From Flavobacterium sp. (GTDB taxonomy: Bacteria > Bacteroidota > Bacteroidia > Flavobacteriales > Flavobacteriaceae): 64,000 nucleotides of DNA. Each line of letters opens with the position of its first letter. Positions within the stretch are counted from its first letter, which is position 1. The notes beneath the pieces are model-generated. The model saw only the letters and a list, made by a program, of their open reading frames with translations. It was not told the DNA's origin and searched no databases. Made by a program: the position numbers and the translations under genes. Positions 10,480 through 21,554 of this stretch are shown here, piece after piece. The stretch lies in assembly GCF_965262375.1 (NCBI RefSeq), contig NZ_OZ253527.1, positions 1,644,706 through 1,708,705 of the forward strand, written 5' to 3'.

Positions 10480-10685
10480 TGCAATAAAAATACATTACAT
10501 CACTTCACAAATTTAGATTTTAAAATGAATTTTAACAATAAGATTGCAAAAAAAAATTGACAATTATCATTTTTTTGATTTAATCGCTTTAAAATGAATT
10601 GTTTAAAAAACATTGTTTGTGAGTAAATTTTTATAAAACCAAATTCGTTATCTTAGCGCAAATATTTGTTTTATTGTAAAGATTT

Positions 10686-12380
10686 ATGAGAAATTGGTGG
10701 ATTCCTTTTTGTTTTTCGATGCTTGTTCAGGCTCAAGATAAATATCCAAAGGATTATTTTGGCTCGCCTTTAGATATTAATTTGAGTATTGCGGGGTCTT
10801 TTGGTGAATTACGCCCTAACCATTTTCATTCGGGTATTGATTTTAGAACCCAACAAAAAGAAGGTTTTCCTGTTTATGCCACTGCTGATGGATTTATCAG
10901 TCGAATCAATGTTTCTAATTTTGGTTATGGGAAATGTTTGTACATTGATCATCCTAACGGATTTACCTCGGTTTATGCTCATTTACAACGCTTTTCACCC
11001 ACAGTTGATAAAGTGGCGAGAAATCATCAGTATATGACAAAGAGTTATACAATCGAATTACGTCCAGATGCCACGGTAATTCCTGTTAAAAAAGGAGATT
11101 TAATAGGTTATACTGGTAATACTGGTGGTTCAAGTGGACCTCATTTGCATTTTGAAATTCGCAATACTATCTCAGAGTTTGCTATCAATCCATATCTTTT
11201 CGGGTATGATAAACAGGTAAAGGATACTAAAAAACCAATTATTAATGGCTTAATGGTTTATCCATTTTCTGAAAATGGTGTTGTTAACGGGTCTCAAAAT
11301 CCAATGTATGTACCTCTTACTTTAGAAGAAGATGGTACTTATTTAGCCTCAAAAATTGAAGCCAAAGGTAAAATAGGTTTTGCGATAAATGCTCATGATA
11401 TATCTGATTATAACTTTGGTAAAAATGGGATTTATAAATTAGAAGCCAGTCTAAATGGTGTGCCTCATTTTGCATACGATTTTGAAACCTTTTCTTTTGA
11501 TGAATCAAAACATATTAATTGTTTTATCGATTTCCCAAGATATAAAAAGACGCATCAACGCTATCAAAAACTTTTTGTGGGTTATGTTTTTCCAGAAAGT
11601 ATCATCAAACTTAAAAAAGATGATGGTTTGATAGAAGGAGCTAATAATTTGAGTTTTACTTATAAATTAGAAATTCAGGATTTTCATGGAAATAAAAATA
11701 TAGTAAATATTCCTATTAGTTTTACGGAATTGCCTATAAAAGAGCCGAAGACTGTTGCTAAAACGCCTTATTTTTTGAAATCTCAAAATGAGCAACTTTA
11801 TGAAAAAGATAGAATTTCAGTGTTTATACCTGAACAAACGTTTTATGAAGATTTTTATCTCAATTTTGGGGTAAAAAACAATCAGTTGACTTTGCATGAT
11901 GAAAGTGTTGCGGTAAGTAAGCCAATGACCATTACTTTTAATGTGAAAGCTATTGCTGAAAAAGACCGTGAGAAAATGTTTATAGGGAATCTTGATGATG
12001 GTAAAACTGAATATAACGCAACCACAAAGAAAGATTCTACGTTTGTTATTAAGACTAAAAAGTTAGGGAAATTCCTGTTAGCAAAAGATACAATTGCACC
12101 TAAAATTTTTGCTCCAAATTTTAAAGAAGGAGAAAATCTTGATAAAAGGGATTCGTTAAAAATTTTCATTTCAGACAATTTATCAGGGATTCGAGAGTTT
12201 AATGCTTATTTAAACGGAGCATGGATTTTGATGGAGTATGAAAATAAATTGAATCGGTTAATTCATTATTTTTCGGATAATAAGTATCAGGATGGGAAAA
12301 ATGATTTTAAGTTAGTAGTGACTGATAATTTAGGAAATACAACTACATTTGAGTCGAATTTTTATAAAACAAAACTATAA
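10686..12380 (+). CDS. M23-family metallopeptidase, secreted
   Basis: HFHSGID (HxxxD), YAHL and GPHLHFE (HxH) motifs; signal peptide. Confidence 0.92.
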   Translation: MRNWWIPFCFSMLVQAQDKYPKDYFGSPLDINLSIAGSFGELRPNHFHSGIDFRTQQKEGFPVYATADGFISRINVSNFGYGKCLYIDHPNGFTSVYAHLQRFSPTVDKVARNHQYMTKSYTIELRPDATVIPVKKGDLIGYTGNTGGSSGPHLHFEIRNTISEFAINPYLFGYDKQVKDTKKPIINGLMVYPFSENGVVNGSQNPMYVPLTLEEDGTYLASKIEAKGKIGFAINAHDISDYNFGKNGIYKLEASLNGVPHFAYDFETFSFDESKHINCFIDFPRYKKTHQRYQKLFVGYVFPESIIKLKKDDGLIEGANNLSFTYKLEIQDFHGNKNIVNIPISFTELPIKEPKTVAKTPYFLKSQNEQLYEKDRISVFIPEQTFYEDFYLNFGVKNNQLTLHDESVAVSKPMTITFNVKAIAEKDREKMFIGNLDDGKTEYNATTKKDSTFVIKTKKLGKFLLAKDTIAPKIFAPNFKEGENLDKRDSLKIFISDNLSGIREFNAYLNGAWILMEYENKLNRLIHYFSDNKYQDGKNDFKLVVTDNLGNTTTFESNFYKTKL

Positions 12381-12383
12381 ATT

Positions 12384-14840
12384 TTGAAAGCAAGATTAGC
12401 GCTGTTATTAGTATTGATGGTACACTCGGTTTGGTCTCAAACCGCAAGAGTAAAAGGGATTGTGTTAGATGAGCAGGATAAACCCGTAGAAGGAGTTAAT
12501 GTTTCTTTTCAAGACAAGCATACTAAAACCAATGAAAACGGGTATTATTTATTAACTATTCCATCAAAAGTCAAATCAAATCTTCGTTTTACGCATTTGT
12601 CTTTGAAAACGGCAGTGATAGGTTTAGAGCTAAAGCCTAATGAAGACTATGAATTCAATTTAATTTTAAAAAGCAATGCGGAACAATTGGGTGAAGTTGT
12701 GGTTTCAAATAACAATAAGAAAAGGGTAGAAGGTATAACAACCATTTCTCCTAAAGCTATTCGTTTGATACCTGGTGCTAATCCTGGGGTTGAAAATATC
12801 TTAAAATCACTGCCAGGGGTGAATGCTAACAATGAATTAAGTACGCAATATGCGGTACGTGGCGGGAATTATGATGAAAATCTTGTTTATGTGAATGAAA
12901 TTGAGGTGTATCGTCCTTTTTTAATTCGTTCTGGACAGCAAGAAGGGTTGAGTTTTACCAATACTGATTTGGTGCAGAATGTCGATTTTTCTTCGGGTGG
13001 TTTTCAAGCTAAATATGGCGATAAATTGTCTTCGGTTTTAGATATTTCGTATCGTAAACCTACCAAATTTGGAGCAACCCTTGAAGCTTCATTTTTAGGA
13101 GCTAACTTGTCAATGGACAATGTGTCTAAAAATCAAAAATGGAGTGCAATCACAGGTGTGCGCTATCGTGATAATAGTTTGTTAGTGAAAAGTCAAGAAA
13201 CTCAAACTAATTTCAAACCTCGTTTTGCAGATGTTCAAATGTATGTAACATTTACCCCAAATGCGAAATGGCAATTTGGTATTTTAGGAAACATTTCTCA
13301 AAATAAATACGATTATACACCGGTAAGCAGACAAACAAATTTTGGTACATTACAAGAGCCTATTGCGTTGTTAGTGCAATATGAAGGACAAGAAAAAGAT
13401 AGATATACGACTGTTTTTGGTGCCCTAAAATCAATGTATAAAATTAATGAAGATCATAATTTAAAACTCATCACTTCTGTGTATCATACCATAGAACAAG
13501 AGTATTTTGATATTGAAGGGTTTTATCGTTTGGGTGAGGTTAATTCTAACTTAGGAGATGCAAATTTTGGGAATGTAGATTTTTCTAGAGGAATAGGTTC
13601 GCAACTTACCCACGCAAGAAATGATCTAGATGCTTTAATAGCAAATGTGGAAATAAAAGGAAATCACCGAAAAAAAGAAAATCAAATAGATTGGGGTTTC
13701 AAATATACAAGAGAAAGCATTCGCGATCGAATTCGTGAATATGAGGTAATTGATTCAGCTGGTTTTTCCTTAAATCCTCCTAAAATTGTTCCTGAAAATG
13801 ATCAACCCTATACTTCATACACAGGACCATTAGTACCTTATACAAGTGTAAGAGCTTTTAATTATACTAATATCAATCGTTTTTCAGCTTATGTGCAATG
13901 GAATAGACGATTTGTATGGAAAGGAATGGATGTGTTTACTAATGCCGGTGTTCGTGCGCAGCAATGGAGTGTGCAAGATGCGAATATCTCGGGAGTCAAT
14001 CAGCTTACAGTTAGTCCAAGAGCGCAATTAGCAATCAAACCAAACTGGAAAAAAGACATGTTATTTCGAATTTCAGGAGGGTGGTACCATCAACCTCCCT
14101 TTTATCGTGAGCTGAGAGATTCATTGGGAATAGTGCAGCCTAATGTTAAAGCGCAACAGTCTGTACATTTTGTTTTGGGACATGATTTTAGCTTTAAAAT
14201 GTGGAATAGACCATTCAAGTTGGTTTCAGAGCTTTATTATAAAGATATGACTCAAGTAAATCCATATACTATTGACAATGTGCGTATACGCTATCAAGCA
14301 AAAAATAATGCGGAAGCTTTTGCCGAAGGTATAGATATGCGTTTAAATGGTGAGTTTGTGCCTGGAACAGAGTCGTGGTTGAGTTTTGGGTATATGAAAA
14401 CCGAAGAAAATATTGATCATAAAGGATTTATCGCAAGACCTACAGATCAACGCCTTAAATTTGGTGTGCTTTTTCAAGATTATGTGCCTAATATTCCTGC
14501 TCTTAAAATGTATTTGAATTTAGTGTATAATACGGGCTTACCTGGAGGTTCTCCTTCTTATGCTAATCCGTATGAATACCAATCAAGATTAAGGGATTAT
14601 AGAAGGGCAGATGTTGGGTTTTCTTATGTGTTTACAGATAGAGCTCGTGCTAAAGAAAAAGATAATTGGTTGCGCCATTTTAGAGAATTAGCATTAGGTT
14701 TCGAAATTTTTAATATGTTTAACAATCAAAATAGTATTACAAATACTTGGGTGCGCGATGTATATAGCAAAACGCAGTATGGAATTCCGAATTATTTGAC
14801 TACACGTGTATTTAGTGCAAAGCTGACTATAAAATTGTAA
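12384..14840 (+). CDS. TonB-dependent receptor with carboxypeptidase-regulatory-like N-domain
   Basis: Signal peptide, VKGIVLD N-domain, plug (LPGV, VRGG, NLVYVN), barrel-like C-terminus. Confidence 0.85.
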   Translation: MKARLALLLVLMVHSVWSQTARVKGIVLDEQDKPVEGVNVSFQDKHTKTNENGYYLLTIPSKVKSNLRFTHLSLKTAVIGLELKPNEDYEFNLILKSNAEQLGEVVVSNNNKKRVEGITTISPKAIRLIPGANPGVENILKSLPGVNANNELSTQYAVRGGNYDENLVYVNEIEVYRPFLIRSGQQEGLSFTNTDLVQNVDFSSGGFQAKYGDKLSSVLDISYRKPTKFGATLEASFLGANLSMDNVSKNQKWSAITGVRYRDNSLLVKSQETQTNFKPRFADVQMYVTFTPNAKWQFGILGNISQNKYDYTPVSRQTNFGTLQEPIALLVQYEGQEKDRYTTVFGALKSMYKINEDHNLKLITSVYHTIEQEYFDIEGFYRLGEVNSNLGDANFGNVDFSRGIGSQLTHARNDLDALIANVEIKGNHRKKENQIDWGFKYTRESIRDRIREYEVIDSAGFSLNPPKIVPENDQPYTSYTGPLVPYTSVRAFNYTNINRFSAYVQWNRRFVWKGMDVFTNAGVRAQQWSVQDANISGVNQLTVSPRAQLAIKPNWKKDMLFRISGGWYHQPPFYRELRDSLGIVQPNVKAQQSVHFVLGHDFSFKMWNRPFKLVSELYYKDMTQVNPYTIDNVRIRYQAKNNAEAFAEGIDMRLNGEFVPGTESWLSFGYMKTEENIDHKGFIARPTDQRLKFGVLFQDYVPNIPALKMYLNLVYNTGLPGGSPSYANPYEYQSRLRDYRRADVGFSYVFTDRARAKEKDNWLRHFRELALGFEIFNMFNNQNSITNTWVRDVYSKTQYGIPNYLTTRVFSAKLTIKL

Positions 14841-14876
14841 GTTAGATTTGTTAACTTTGAAAGAAATGAATGACCT

Positions 14877-15563
14877 ATGAGAAAATCAATTTTATATATA
14901 CTCCCTTTTTTGTGTCTTTTGTTTAGTTGCAAAGAACAACCTAAGCCTAAAGTAAAGTATGATAAACCTGTAACAAAAATAGCGATTAAGCAAGATACAA
15001 CTCGTTTAGAAGTGGCTGATTTGCCAGTGCAAATGGGGAGTGTTTTAGTGTATCCTATAGGACAATTGCGAGTAAGCGATCTTAGAAAAGGCGAATTTGA
15101 ATCTGAAAAAACGGAAGGAGCTGTTTTTAATGTTTCTAATGTCATGGATGATGAATTGACAGGATATATGAAAAATATTAAATTTCAAGAGATAGGTAAA
15201 GATTCTTTGCATGTTTTGTCGGATAAAGAATTGCATATAGAGCGAATGACCTATTTAAAGCATAAAAAAATATTTGTTTACGTGTTAGCTGACAGTGATA
15301 CCAATCAAGACGGAAAAGTGGATGCAGATGATGTGAAATCGCTATATATCAGTTCTGAATTAGGTAAAGATTTTACCAAACTATCGGCAGATATGCAGGA
15401 GGTTTTAGACTGGAATTATATTGAAAATACTGGGAAAATTTTCTTTAGAACGTTAGACGATCGAAACAAGAATGGGGCTTTTGACAAACAAGATGGGATT
15501 CATTATTTTTATGTAAACCTAATGAAAGAATGGAAAGCACAAGAGGTTTCTGTTGTGAAATAA
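14877..15563 (+). CDS. Hypothetical lipoprotein
   Basis: Lipobox LLFSC; DTNQDGKVDADD and DRNKNGAFD EF-hand-like loops. Confidence 0.7.
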   Translation: MRKSILYILPFLCLLFSCKEQPKPKVKYDKPVTKIAIKQDTTRLEVADLPVQMGSVLVYPIGQLRVSDLRKGEFESEKTEGAVFNVSNVMDDELTGYMKNIKFQEIGKDSLHVLSDKELHIERMTYLKHKKIFVYVLADSDTNQDGKVDADDVKSLYISSELGKDFTKLSADMQEVLDWNYIENTGKIFFRTLDDRNKNGAFDKQDGIHYFYVNLMKEWKAQEVSVVK

Positions 15564-15682
15564 TTGTTCTTGTTTAAGAGAATAAATCAATTTGTGAAGA
15601 TTTATTAGGTGATAAGTATCCTTAAGAGCTTTTTGATTTGTTCTCTTTATCTATCACTCAATCATCCATCACCCCACATCTT

Positions 15683-16384
15683 CTAAATCAAAATATCACT
15701 TTCCAGATCTGATTTTTCCACATCGAAATGAAAACCCAACCGATGGACCAGTTCAATAACTAATTTTTTATACCAGTTTTCGCTTTTAGGGTGAATGTAA
15801 ATTTTTTCAATTAGTGTATTGATGTCCACTTGTATTTTTAAGCCATCATTTATGGTTAGGTTTTTGTGACTCACATCGGTCAGTACACGTATTTCTTTTT
15901 CATATTGAAAACTTTTTCTTTTGAATAAAAATGGGAAAAAGGTGTCGTCAAAGGGAATGTGTTCTTTTTTGTAATCAATATAATTCACCTCACCTATAAA
16001 TTGTTCAAAATGACGTTCTGCACTTAAGGCTTCTTGTAATCTTCCTAAGGTTGACTGGATCGCTAAGCCTTCGTTGTTCTTGGTAAAAATTTGCCACATG
16101 GCAAAGCTTTCATATTCATTAGTATGCCAGCTACTAACTACTACATTTTCACGATGTGTTTTGTAATAATCAAGAAATTTAGGGTTGTTTGTCGCTATTT
16201 TTTTTATTTCTTCAAAAGTGGGTTCGCTAAAAGTTCCTTCGTATTGATCTTCAAACTTATCAGAACGAGACATAAACATGCGTTGTGAAAGGAGTAAATC
16301 CAAAAACTTTGACAAGTCTAAATATTTCCAAATAATGGTGTCAGAATTTCCATTTAAAATGATATTTGGATGTTGGTTGTACAT
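15683..16384 (-). CDS. Conserved hypothetical protein (DUF2971-like)
   Basis: IWKYLDLSKF, SSWH, MWQIF and KRKSFQYEKEIR resemble DUF2971. Confidence 0.6.
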   Translation of the reverse strand: MYNQHPNIILNGNSDTIIWKYLDLSKFLDLLLSQRMFMSRSDKFEDQYEGTFSEPTFEEIKKIATNNPKFLDYYKTHRENVVVSSWHTNEYESFAMWQIFTKNNEGLAIQSTLGRLQEALSAERHFEQFIGEVNYIDYKKEHIPFDDTFFPFLFKRKSFQYEKEIRVLTDVSHKNLTINDGLKIQVDINTLIEKIYIHPKSENWYKKLVIELVHRLGFHFDVEKSDLESDILI

Positions 16385-16456
16385 TGGTAGCTTTTTATCT
16401 TTAAAAATAACCTTTTTTAAGGATAAAAAAAAATCCCTAAAAAAGGGATTTTTAAA

Positions 16457-18286
16457 TTATTCAAAGCTTTGCATGGAAACTAATTTGGCATAAGTTCCAT
16501 TTTTGTTTAAGAGCTCATCATGTGTGCCTTGCTCAACTATTTCTCCTTTTTGCATGACTACAATGTTATCTGCTTTTTGAATGGTGGATAAACGATGGGC
16601 AATAACAATTGAGGTTCTATTTTGCATCATGTTTTCTAAGGCAACTTGAACGTGTTTTTCGCTTTCTGTATCAAGTGCAGAAGTAGCTTCATCTAAAATC
16701 ATGATTGGAGGGTTTTTCAGTACGGCACGTGCAATCGATAAACGTTGTTTTTGTCCGCCAGAAAGTCTTCCTCCAGCATCCCCGATATTGGTATGAATTC
16801 CTTCAGCTAAATCTTTGACAAACTCGTATGCATTAGCAATTTTTAGTGCATTTATAATTTCTTCATCGCTAGCATCAGGTTTACCTATCAATAAGTTATT
16901 TTTTATCGAATCATTAAAAAGTATAGAGTCTTGAGTTACAATTCCTAACAAACCGCGTAATGACTCTACAGTCATATCTTTAATATCTATGTCGTCAACT
17001 TTAATTGCTCCTGATTGTACATCATAAAAGCGAGTTAATAAATTCGCAATAGTACTTTTTCCAGAACCCGATTGACCAACTAAGGCTACAGTTTTTCCTT
17101 TGGGAACTTCGATACTGAAATTCTTTAGTACATTTTCTTCTTGGTATGCAAAGTTGATGTTTTCTAGAGTAATTTTTTCTTTGAAATCTTCTTTAGTAAT
17201 TGCATTTGGTTTATTAGCGATCGTGTTAGGCTCGTCAATAATTTCAAATACACGATCTGCAGCGGCTAAACCATTTTTTAGGGCATAACTAGCTTTGGTA
17301 ATCGCTTTTGCTGGTGTTAAAATATTGTATGCTAATCCCATATAAGTTATGAAAACAGAGCCGTCAATACTTTTGTCAATTAAGACCAAATGACCTCCGT
17401 ACCATAATAAGGTAGCTATTGTTACTATCCCCATGAACTCACTCATAGGAGAGGCTAAATTGTTTTTTGAACCAATGGAATTCGATAATTTAAGGATACG
17501 GTCTAAGATTCCTCCAAATTTAGCCTTGAATAATGGTTCTGCGTTATAAGCTTTAACTACTTTTAGCCCTGTTAGTGTTTCCTCTACAACTGAAATTAGA
17601 TTACCACTTTCGTTTTGTACTTGTAAGGATTTTGATTTTAAACTTTTACCTATTCTTGATATAATTAAACCTGAAATTGGTAAAAAAATAAATACAAAAA
17701 GGGTAAGTTTAGTACTTATGTAGAACATAGTTACAATTGAAAATATGATTGTTAAAGGTTCTTTAATAATCAAATCTAATATGGCAAAGAAAGAATTTTG
17801 AACTTCACCTATATCACCCAGCATGCGTGTCATAACATCCCCTTTTCTTCTTTCTGAAAAAAATGGAATAGGTAGCGAGATGATTTTATTGAACATCATT
17901 TTTCTAACATCATTACTTACTCCGTTTCTTAAATGCATCATATGATAGGAAGATAAATAGCCTACAATGTTTTTTAGGAAAAAGGTAGCAATGATTAGGA
18001 TGATTGTAAGTAAAAGTGCTTTCTCAGGCTGGTTACTATTAGTGTAAAGGGTGAGTTTGTAAGATAGTAGATCTGAAGCGTAATCTTTGATGTTTGTTAT
18101 ACCTGTATATTTAGGCTCAATTAGAACTCTACGGGTTTTATCAAATAATACACTTAGCATTGGGATTAATGTGACAAATGCAAGCGTGCCAAAAAAAGCA
18201 TACAAAAGGCTGTAGATAACATTCCATATTACATGTGTTTTATAGGGAAGTATATACGGATACATTTGTTTAAATATTCTTTTCAT
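16457..18286 (-). CDS. ABC exporter, fused TMD-NBD (MsbA-like)
   Basis: GQSGSGKST, LSGGQKQR and ILDEATSALD; six TM helices. Confidence 0.93.
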   Translation of the reverse strand: MKRIFKQMYPYILPYKTHVIWNVIYSLLYAFFGTLAFVTLIPMLSVLFDKTRRVLIEPKYTGITNIKDYASDLLSYKLTLYTNSNQPEKALLLTIILIIATFFLKNIVGYLSSYHMMHLRNGVSNDVRKMMFNKIISLPIPFFSERRKGDVMTRMLGDIGEVQNSFFAILDLIIKEPLTIIFSIVTMFYISTKLTLFVFIFLPISGLIISRIGKSLKSKSLQVQNESGNLISVVEETLTGLKVVKAYNAEPLFKAKFGGILDRILKLSNSIGSKNNLASPMSEFMGIVTIATLLWYGGHLVLIDKSIDGSVFITYMGLAYNILTPAKAITKASYALKNGLAAADRVFEIIDEPNTIANKPNAITKEDFKEKITLENINFAYQEENVLKNFSIEVPKGKTVALVGQSGSGKSTIANLLTRFYDVQSGAIKVDDIDIKDMTVESLRGLLGIVTQDSILFNDSIKNNLLIGKPDASDEEIINALKIANAYEFVKDLAEGIHTNIGDAGGRLSGGQKQRLSIARAVLKNPPIMILDEATSALDTESEKHVQVALENMMQNRTSIVIAHRLSTIQKADNIVVMQKGEIVEQGTHDELLNKNGTYAKLVSMQSFE

Positions 18287-18357
18287 GTGAAAAAAAAATT
18301 AGGTTTTAAATAAAAACACTTTTTTAATGCTTTTCAAAGCAAAATAGGTAAGTTTGG

Positions 18358-18390
18358 TTTCCGTGATTCTATTTAACGGAATCACGGAAA
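18358..18390 (-). terminator. Hairpin/terminator after phosphomutase gene
   Basis: TTTCCGTGATTC/GAATCACGGAAA inverted repeat. Confidence 0.65.
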
Positions 18391-18404
18391 TTAGTTTTAT
18401 GTAA

Positions 18405-20132
18405 TTAATTCAATTGCATATCGTTAATGATGTTCTTAATTTTCTCGTCCAATTGTAGCTCAGCGACAGCAATATCCTCAACAGATTCGATGGCACAGTT
18501 CACACTAAAATAAAATTTAATTTTAGGTTCTGTACCGCTTGGACGCGCACAGATTTTGCTTCCGTCTTCTAAATAATAAATCAATACATTCGATTTTGGA
18601 ATGTTAATACCAAATTCTTCATTGTTCATGAAATCTTTACCTTTAGAAGTTTGGTAGTCTTCTACACAAACCACGCGGTTTCCGTTGATTTCTTCCAATG
18701 GATTTTCACGTAAGTCCTTCATCATTTGTTGAATTTCGACAGCACCATCCATTCCTTTTTTGGTAATAGAAATTAAATGCTCTTTGTAAAAACCAAAGTC
18801 AACATATAATTGTTCTAATTTTTGATATAAAGTTTGTCCTTCAGCTTTGGCTTGTGCAGCAATTTCACAAACTAATAAAATAGCACCAACTGCATCTTTA
18901 TCACGCACGGCATCGCCTACCATAAAACCAAAACTTTCCTCACCACCACCAATAAAAGTTTGTTCAGGGAAGTCCTTAATGAATTTAGCAATCCACTTGA
19001 ATCCAGTTAAGCCTACTTTGCATTCTACGCCATAAGCTTCAGCTAAATCGAGCATCATTGGTGTAGAAACAATGGTTGAACCTATAAATTCATTTCCAGT
19101 AATTTTATCTGCTTTTAACCATTGTTCTAGTAAAAATGCAGTCATGATAACCATGGTTTGGTTGCCATTTAATAAAGTCATTTTGCCCTCATTGTTGCGT
19201 ACGGCTACCCCTAAACGGTCAGAATCAGGGTCGGTACCAACTACGATATCCGCTTGAATATTTTCTGCCAATTCCATAGCCATCGTTAAGGCTTCTGGTT
19301 CTTCAGGGTTTGGTGATTTTACCGTTGGGAAATTCCCATCAGGAATGGCTTGAGCTTCAACAATGTTTACATCGGTATAACCAGCAGCATCCAAGACAGC
19401 AGGAACCGCTTTGATGGAAGTCCCGTGTAACGAGGTATATACGATTTTTAAATTTTCTTTAGCGTAAGCGGGCGTATTGAAACTAGCATTTTCAATGGTG
19501 CTTTTTACAAAGGCTTCGTCAATATCTTTGTCAATATATTCAATCAAATCGTTATTTGCATTGAAATTAATATCCGTGTAAGCTAGTGCTTCAATCGCCT
19601 GAATAATTTCTTTGTCTTGTGGAGGAACAATTTGTCCGCCATCTTGCCAATACACTTTGTATCCATTGTACTCAGGTGGATTGTGTGAGGCTGTAAGTAC
19701 AATACCTACATGACAAGCTAAATGTCTAACCGCAAAAGATAATTCTGGCGTTGGACGTAATTCAGAAAATAAATAGACTTTAATTCCGTTAGCCGAAAAA
19801 ACATCGGCAACCACTTTTGCTAAAGTGTCGCTGTTATGACGGCAATCATAAGCAATAGCCACTTTAATTTCTTCGTTAGGGAAACACTGTTTTAAATAAT
19901 TAGATAAACCTTGAGTGTTTTGTCCCAAAGTATATTTGTTAATACGATTGGTGCCCACGCCCATTACGCCACGCATACCACCTGTGCCGAATTCTAAATT
20001 TTTATAAAAACTATCCTCTAATTCTTTTGGAGCAGAAGTCATCATTTCTTTGATAGCTTCTTGTGTTTCTTGGTCAAATGTTGGGGTTAACCAAATATTC
20101 ACTTGGTCTAAAATTGCCTTTTCGATGTGCAT
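18405..20132 (-). CDS. Phosphoglucomutase/phosphomannomutase family protein
   Basis: FGTGGMRG, TASHNP, DPDSDR, GEES and RPSGTEPKIK motifs. Confidence 0.95.
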   Translation of the reverse strand: MHIEKAILDQVNIWLTPTFDQETQEAIKEMMTSAPKELEDSFYKNLEFGTGGMRGVMGVGTNRINKYTLGQNTQGLSNYLKQCFPNEEIKVAIAYDCRHNSDTLAKVVADVFSANGIKVYLFSELRPTPELSFAVRHLACHVGIVLTASHNPPEYNGYKVYWQDGGQIVPPQDKEIIQAIEALAYTDINFNANNDLIEYIDKDIDEAFVKSTIENASFNTPAYAKENLKIVYTSLHGTSIKAVPAVLDAAGYTDVNIVEAQAIPDGNFPTVKSPNPEEPEALTMAMELAENIQADIVVGTDPDSDRLGVAVRNNEGKMTLLNGNQTMVIMTAFLLEQWLKADKITGNEFIGSTIVSTPMMLDLAEAYGVECKVGLTGFKWIAKFIKDFPEQTFIGGGEESFGFMVGDAVRDKDAVGAILLVCEIAAQAKAEGQTLYQKLEQLYVDFGFYKEHLISITKKGMDGAVEIQQMMKDLRENPLEEINGNRVVCVEDYQTSKGKDFMNNEEFGINIPKSNVLIYYLEDGSKICARPSGTEPKIKFYFSVNCAIESVEDIAVAELQLDEKIKNIINDMQLN

Positions 20133-20138
20133 AATTCC

Positions 20139-20580
20139 TTATTTTTTATAGCCAATTTTTAATCTTTCTTTTTGTGTCGTTTCTTCGTTATCTTTTTCTA
20201 TTAGGTAACTCAAAACTTTATAAATTTCAGGGAATTGAACTTCAATTTCATCAATTCCTTTTTTTAATTCTTTGTCATACAGGGTGAAATATCTCATTTT
20301 ACAAAAGCTCTGATGAATGAAATATTGATTTCAATTGCTTTTTTTTTTTCAATACAACCTAAAGTATGGTGATATTTTGTACTGTAAAAGCAAAAGCACT
20401 GAAACCTCCGAAGTGATTCTTTGAGGGAATCACACTTTGTGATATCAATATAGGTTTACTTCGTTTTCGTCTAATTGAAATATAAAATCAATAGGGAACA
20501 CGTTTCAGTATTTCTTCTTACAACTTCTTTTAGCCTTTTTGTCCACTTATTTTATTCGAAATGATTTTTATACTTCTCAT
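20139..20580 (-). pseudogene. ORF6N-domain DNA-binding protein, decayed
   Basis: Fragments read across frameshifts and a stop: IISNKI..GQK, KRLKEVVRRNTE, DFIFQLDENE, ISQSVIPSKNHFGG..FAFT, KKAIEINISFIRAFVKMR, KERLKIGYKK*. Not in the ORF track. Confidence 0.8.
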
Positions 20581-20603
20581 AATTAACGTGGGCTGGAAAA
20601 TTC

Positions 20604-21554
20604 TTAAATGGCTTCCTGAATTTTATAACGCTCTTCGTTGCTTTTAGTTCTCAAGATAATTTCACCTAAGAAACCAGCTAAAAACAATTGCGTTCCTATT
20701 ACCATGGTGGTTAAGGCAATGTAAAACCATGGATTGTCAGTAACTAGTATGGTTGGTTCATGAGTATACAACTTCCAAAGTTTCATAGCGCCAATATATC
20801 CAGCGGATAAAAGCCCAATAAGGAACATGAAAGTGCCAAGTAAACCGAATAGGTGCATAGGGCGTTTGCCAAATTTGCCTAAAAACCAAATGGTAATCAA
20901 ATCTAAAAAGCCATTAACGAAACGGTCGATGCCAAATTTAGACTCTCCATATTTTCGAGCTTGATGTTGGACAACTTTTTCGCCTATTTTCTTGAAGCCT
21001 GCATTTTTTGCCAATACAGGAATATAACGATGCATCTCCCCAAAAACTTCAATGTTTTTTATCACCACGTTTTTGTAAGCTTTTAAACCGCAATTAAAAT
21101 CATTCAATTGTACCCCCGATGTTTTACGTGCCGCCGCGTTGAACAATTTAGAAGGAAGGTTTTTAGTCAACGTATTGTCGTACCTTTTTTTCTTCCAACC
21201 AGAGACCAAATCGAAATTTTGTTGGGTAATCATTTCGTATAAACCAGGGATTTCATCTGGGCTATCCTGCAAATCGGCATCCATGGTAATGATAACATCT
21301 CCTTGTGCTTTTGCAAAACCAGCGTGTAAAGCTTGACTTTTACCATAATTACGCAAAAAACGGATACCTTTTAGGCTTCCGTTTTTTGAAGATAAATCTT
21401 GTATCGTTTGCCAAGAATTGTCCGTACTACCGTCGTCTATGAAAATAACTTCGTATGAAAAGTTATGTTGCGTCATCACACGCTCAATCCAAGACGTTAA
21501 TTCAGGTAATGATTCTTGTTCGTTTAATAAAGGTATTACAATTGATATATCCAC
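20604..21554 (-). CDS. Glycosyltransferase family 2 (ArnC/DPM-like)
   Basis: SIVIPLLNE, IDDGSTD, RNYGKSQAL and MDADLQD motifs; two C-terminal TM helices. Confidence 0.93.
   Translation of the reverse strand: MDISIVIPLLNEQESLPELTSWIERVMTQHNFSYEVIFIDDGSTDNSWQTIQDLSSKNGSLKGIRFLRNYGKSQALHAGFAKAQGDVIITMDADLQDSPDEIPGLYEMITQQNFDLVSGWKKKRYDNTLTKNLPSKLFNAAARKTSGVQLNDFNCGLKAYKNVVIKNIEVFGEMHRYIPVLAKNAGFKKIGEKVVQHQARKYGESKFGIDRFVNGFLDLITIWFLGKFGKRPMHLFGLLGTFMFLIGLLSAGYIGAMKLWKLYTHEPTILVTDNPWFYIALTTMVIGTQLFLAGFLGEIILRTKSNEERYKIQEAI

Noticed and set aside
15683-16384. DUF2971-like gene as an anti-phage system
   Set aside because: No defence partners nearby, ordinary composition, and an uncertain family call.
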